A stretch of DNA of 64,000 nt, from IMG/VR virus record IMGVR_UViG_3300009183_000045, one strand, 5' to 3'. The notes beneath the pieces are model-generated. The model was not told where the DNA came from and did not search any database. It saw only the letters and a program-made list of their open reading frames with translations. The stretch's first letter is position 1. Every line of letters begins with the position of its first letter. Positions 62,532 through 64,000 of this stretch are shown in pieces. Source of the stretch: a virus. Lineage: Duplodnaviria; Caudoviricetes. The position numbers were made by a program, and so were the translations under genes.

Positions 62532-62743
62532 GCATACCCTATAAGAGAATTAGGAGAAGTTTTGCTTAAAATACCATGAGCATTATAAAGGGTTACTGCA
62601 GGCATATTATGAGCATTTTCTTGTATAGTGCCCATTGTATCCACTGGTAAATCATTCTTGGGCAAATGATCTGTCTGACTTTTCATGGCAGCCATTAAAG
62701 GCTGGAGTGTTTCATATTGATTAACGGAAGATATAGATTGCAT
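62528..62743 (-). CDS. Small hypothetical protein (start 62743 or 62761)
   Basis: Opposite strand; TAATTA motif 7 nt upstream of ATG 62743. Confidence 0.5.
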   Translation of the reverse strand: MQSISSVNQYETLQPLMAAMKSQTDHLPKNDLPVDTMGTIQENAHNMPAVTLYNAHGILSKTSPNSLIGYA

Positions 62744-62829
62744 CTGAATATAATTATACATTTAATGCATCTAAAATCTCTTTTATTTTGAGATTAAAAA
62801 ATGATTTTCTTAATATGACATCTTTCAGG

Positions 62830-62837
62830 TATAAATA
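62830..62837 (+). promoter_or_regulatory. T4-type late promoter TATAAATA upstream of gp21
   Basis: Exact consensus. Confidence 0.7.
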
Positions 62838-62854
62838 TCTTTTATAATTCATAT

Positions 62855-63529
62855 ATGAGTAACAACATGTACCGTTTATTGGTTGAAGAACCCACTTACG
62901 AGGTAAAGTATCTAATAGAAGAGAAAAATCGTAATACCCCTTCTAACATGTTTATTCACGGCCCCTTTCTCATGGCCAATGAGGCTAATAAAAACAAGAG
63001 AGTTTATCCCCTAGAAGAAATGGTGAAGGAAGTTAACCGATATACTTCAGAGATGATTGATAATCATCGAGCCACTGGTGAATTAAATCATCCTCAAACT
63101 CCAGACATTAATCTTGAAAGGGTGTGTCACATGGTTACTGAGATGAAACAAAACGGTAACATATTTGAAGGCAAATCTAAAATTCTCTCAAACCCGATGG
63201 GTCAATTGGTTCGCTCTTTAATATTAGATGGAGTCAAGCTTGGAGTTTCAAGCAGAGCGTTGGGAAAATTAGAACCCGGCAGCAATGGCACCAACAGAGT
63301 TTCAGATTTTAAATTGGTAGCAGTAGATGTTGTTGCCGATCCTTCAGTGCCCACCGCCTTTGTAAATGGGATCTTGGAATCAAAGCAATGGGTATTGGCA
63401 GAAGACGGAAGTTTTGAACCTTCTTATGAAAAATTTGAAAAGAGCATTGCTTCTTTGCCTCTTAAAAACACAAACGCCTTTTTAAAAGAACAAATAATTG
63501 CATTTATTAATGCACTTAAATCCGCTTAA
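62855..63529 (+). CDS. gp21 prohead protease
   Basis: GPF..A...N.N.RVYP, GELNHP, VCH, GVSSRALG, D.VADPSVP.AFVNGILE. Confidence 0.95.
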   Translation: MSNNMYRLLVEEPTYEVKYLIEEKNRNTPSNMFIHGPFLMANEANKNKRVYPLEEMVKEVNRYTSEMIDNHRATGELNHPQTPDINLERVCHMVTEMKQNGNIFEGKSKILSNPMGQLVRSLILDGVKLGVSSRALGKLEPGSNGTNRVSDFKLVAVDVVADPSVPTAFVNGILESKQWVLAEDGSFEPSYEKFEKSIASLPLKNTNAFLKEQIIAFINALKSA

Positions 63530-63561
63530 GGACAACTACTAGATAAATATCATTATATTTT

Positions 63562-63816
63562 ATGCATTCCACTAACCAATTAATTTCAAAATTTATAGCA
63601 CAGCTTTGTGAAAAGCAATTTGCATTTGCTAATTCCACTCTTGGAACTATCGTTGAAGCGAAGTTAAAAGAAAAGATCAAAAAGGAAGCAAAGAAACTTT
63701 CAGGTAAAAAAACGCCAGCCAAGGCTCAGTCTAAGGCAGATAAAAAGAAAGAATTTCTTGCCAGAATGGCAAAAAGTAAAAAAAACTCTAAAGGGGCATC
63801 TGGAAAGAATAAATAA
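63562..63816 (+). CDS. Small basic hypothetical head-region protein
   Basis: Lies between gp21 and gp22; Lys-rich. Confidence 0.6.
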   Translation: MHSTNQLISKFIAQLCEKQFAFANSTLGTIVEAKLKEKIKKEAKKLSGKKTPAKAQSKADKKKEFLARMAKSKKNSKGASGKNK

Positions 63817-63830
63817 ATTATAACAATTGT

Positions 63831-64000
63831 ATGAACATAGCCGCTATTCTTAAGAATATTGACAAAGAAGTTTTAAACGAAGAATCTGCAACAGCAATTG
63901 CTGAAGCTTTTGAATCTGCCGTTAATGAAAAGGTTTCAACTCGTATTGGTCTTGAAATTGAAAAGGCTTTAAATGAGCAAGACGTAGACCATTCTGTAAA
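63831..64000 (+). CDS. gp22-like prohead scaffold, 5' partial (MNIAAILKNIDKEVLNEESATAIAEAFESAVNEKV...)
   Basis: Open to the window end; L.EE....I.EAFE.AV motif; follows gp21. Confidence 0.8.
   Translation, partial: MNIAAILKNIDKEVLNEESATAIAEAFESAVNEKVSTRIGLEIEKALNEQDVDHSV

Overview
This window is a 64-kb AT-rich slice of a large T4-like (Tevenvirinae/Kyanoviridae-grade) myovirus genome. No tRNA, rRNA or CRISPR array was seen. The left half (- strand) is the replication/recombination core: gp32, gp59-like, DHH nuclease, gp41, UvsX, ThyX, gp43, gp46, gp47, gp55, UvsW and UvsY. The right half holds primase gp61, gp62-like, GroES-like, a DinG helicase and the start of the head/neck module (gp15, fibre, gp20, gp13, gp4, gp21, gp22). 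Four accessory layers are interleaved with this core. (1) A complete 7-deazaguanine DNA-modification pathway (FolE2, QueD, QueE, QueC, class II glutamine amidotransferase, divergent TGT/DpdA-like transglycosylase), in which queC-GAT is followed directly by a glycosyltransferase and a DUF366-like gene, hinting at an undescribed hypermodified base. (2) The DNA polymerase is split right after its ExoI motif by an HNH endonuclease, with almost no room for an intron core. (3) About 15 glycosyl/methyltransferase genes lie in two cassettes, alongside collagen-like and Ser-rich fibre proteins. (4) Two Tat-signal DUF1501 genes point to a Planctomycetota/Verrucomicrobiota host. Promoter-to-ATG spacing suggests widespread leaderless mRNAs. 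All calls come from motif recognition by eye; no database searches were run.
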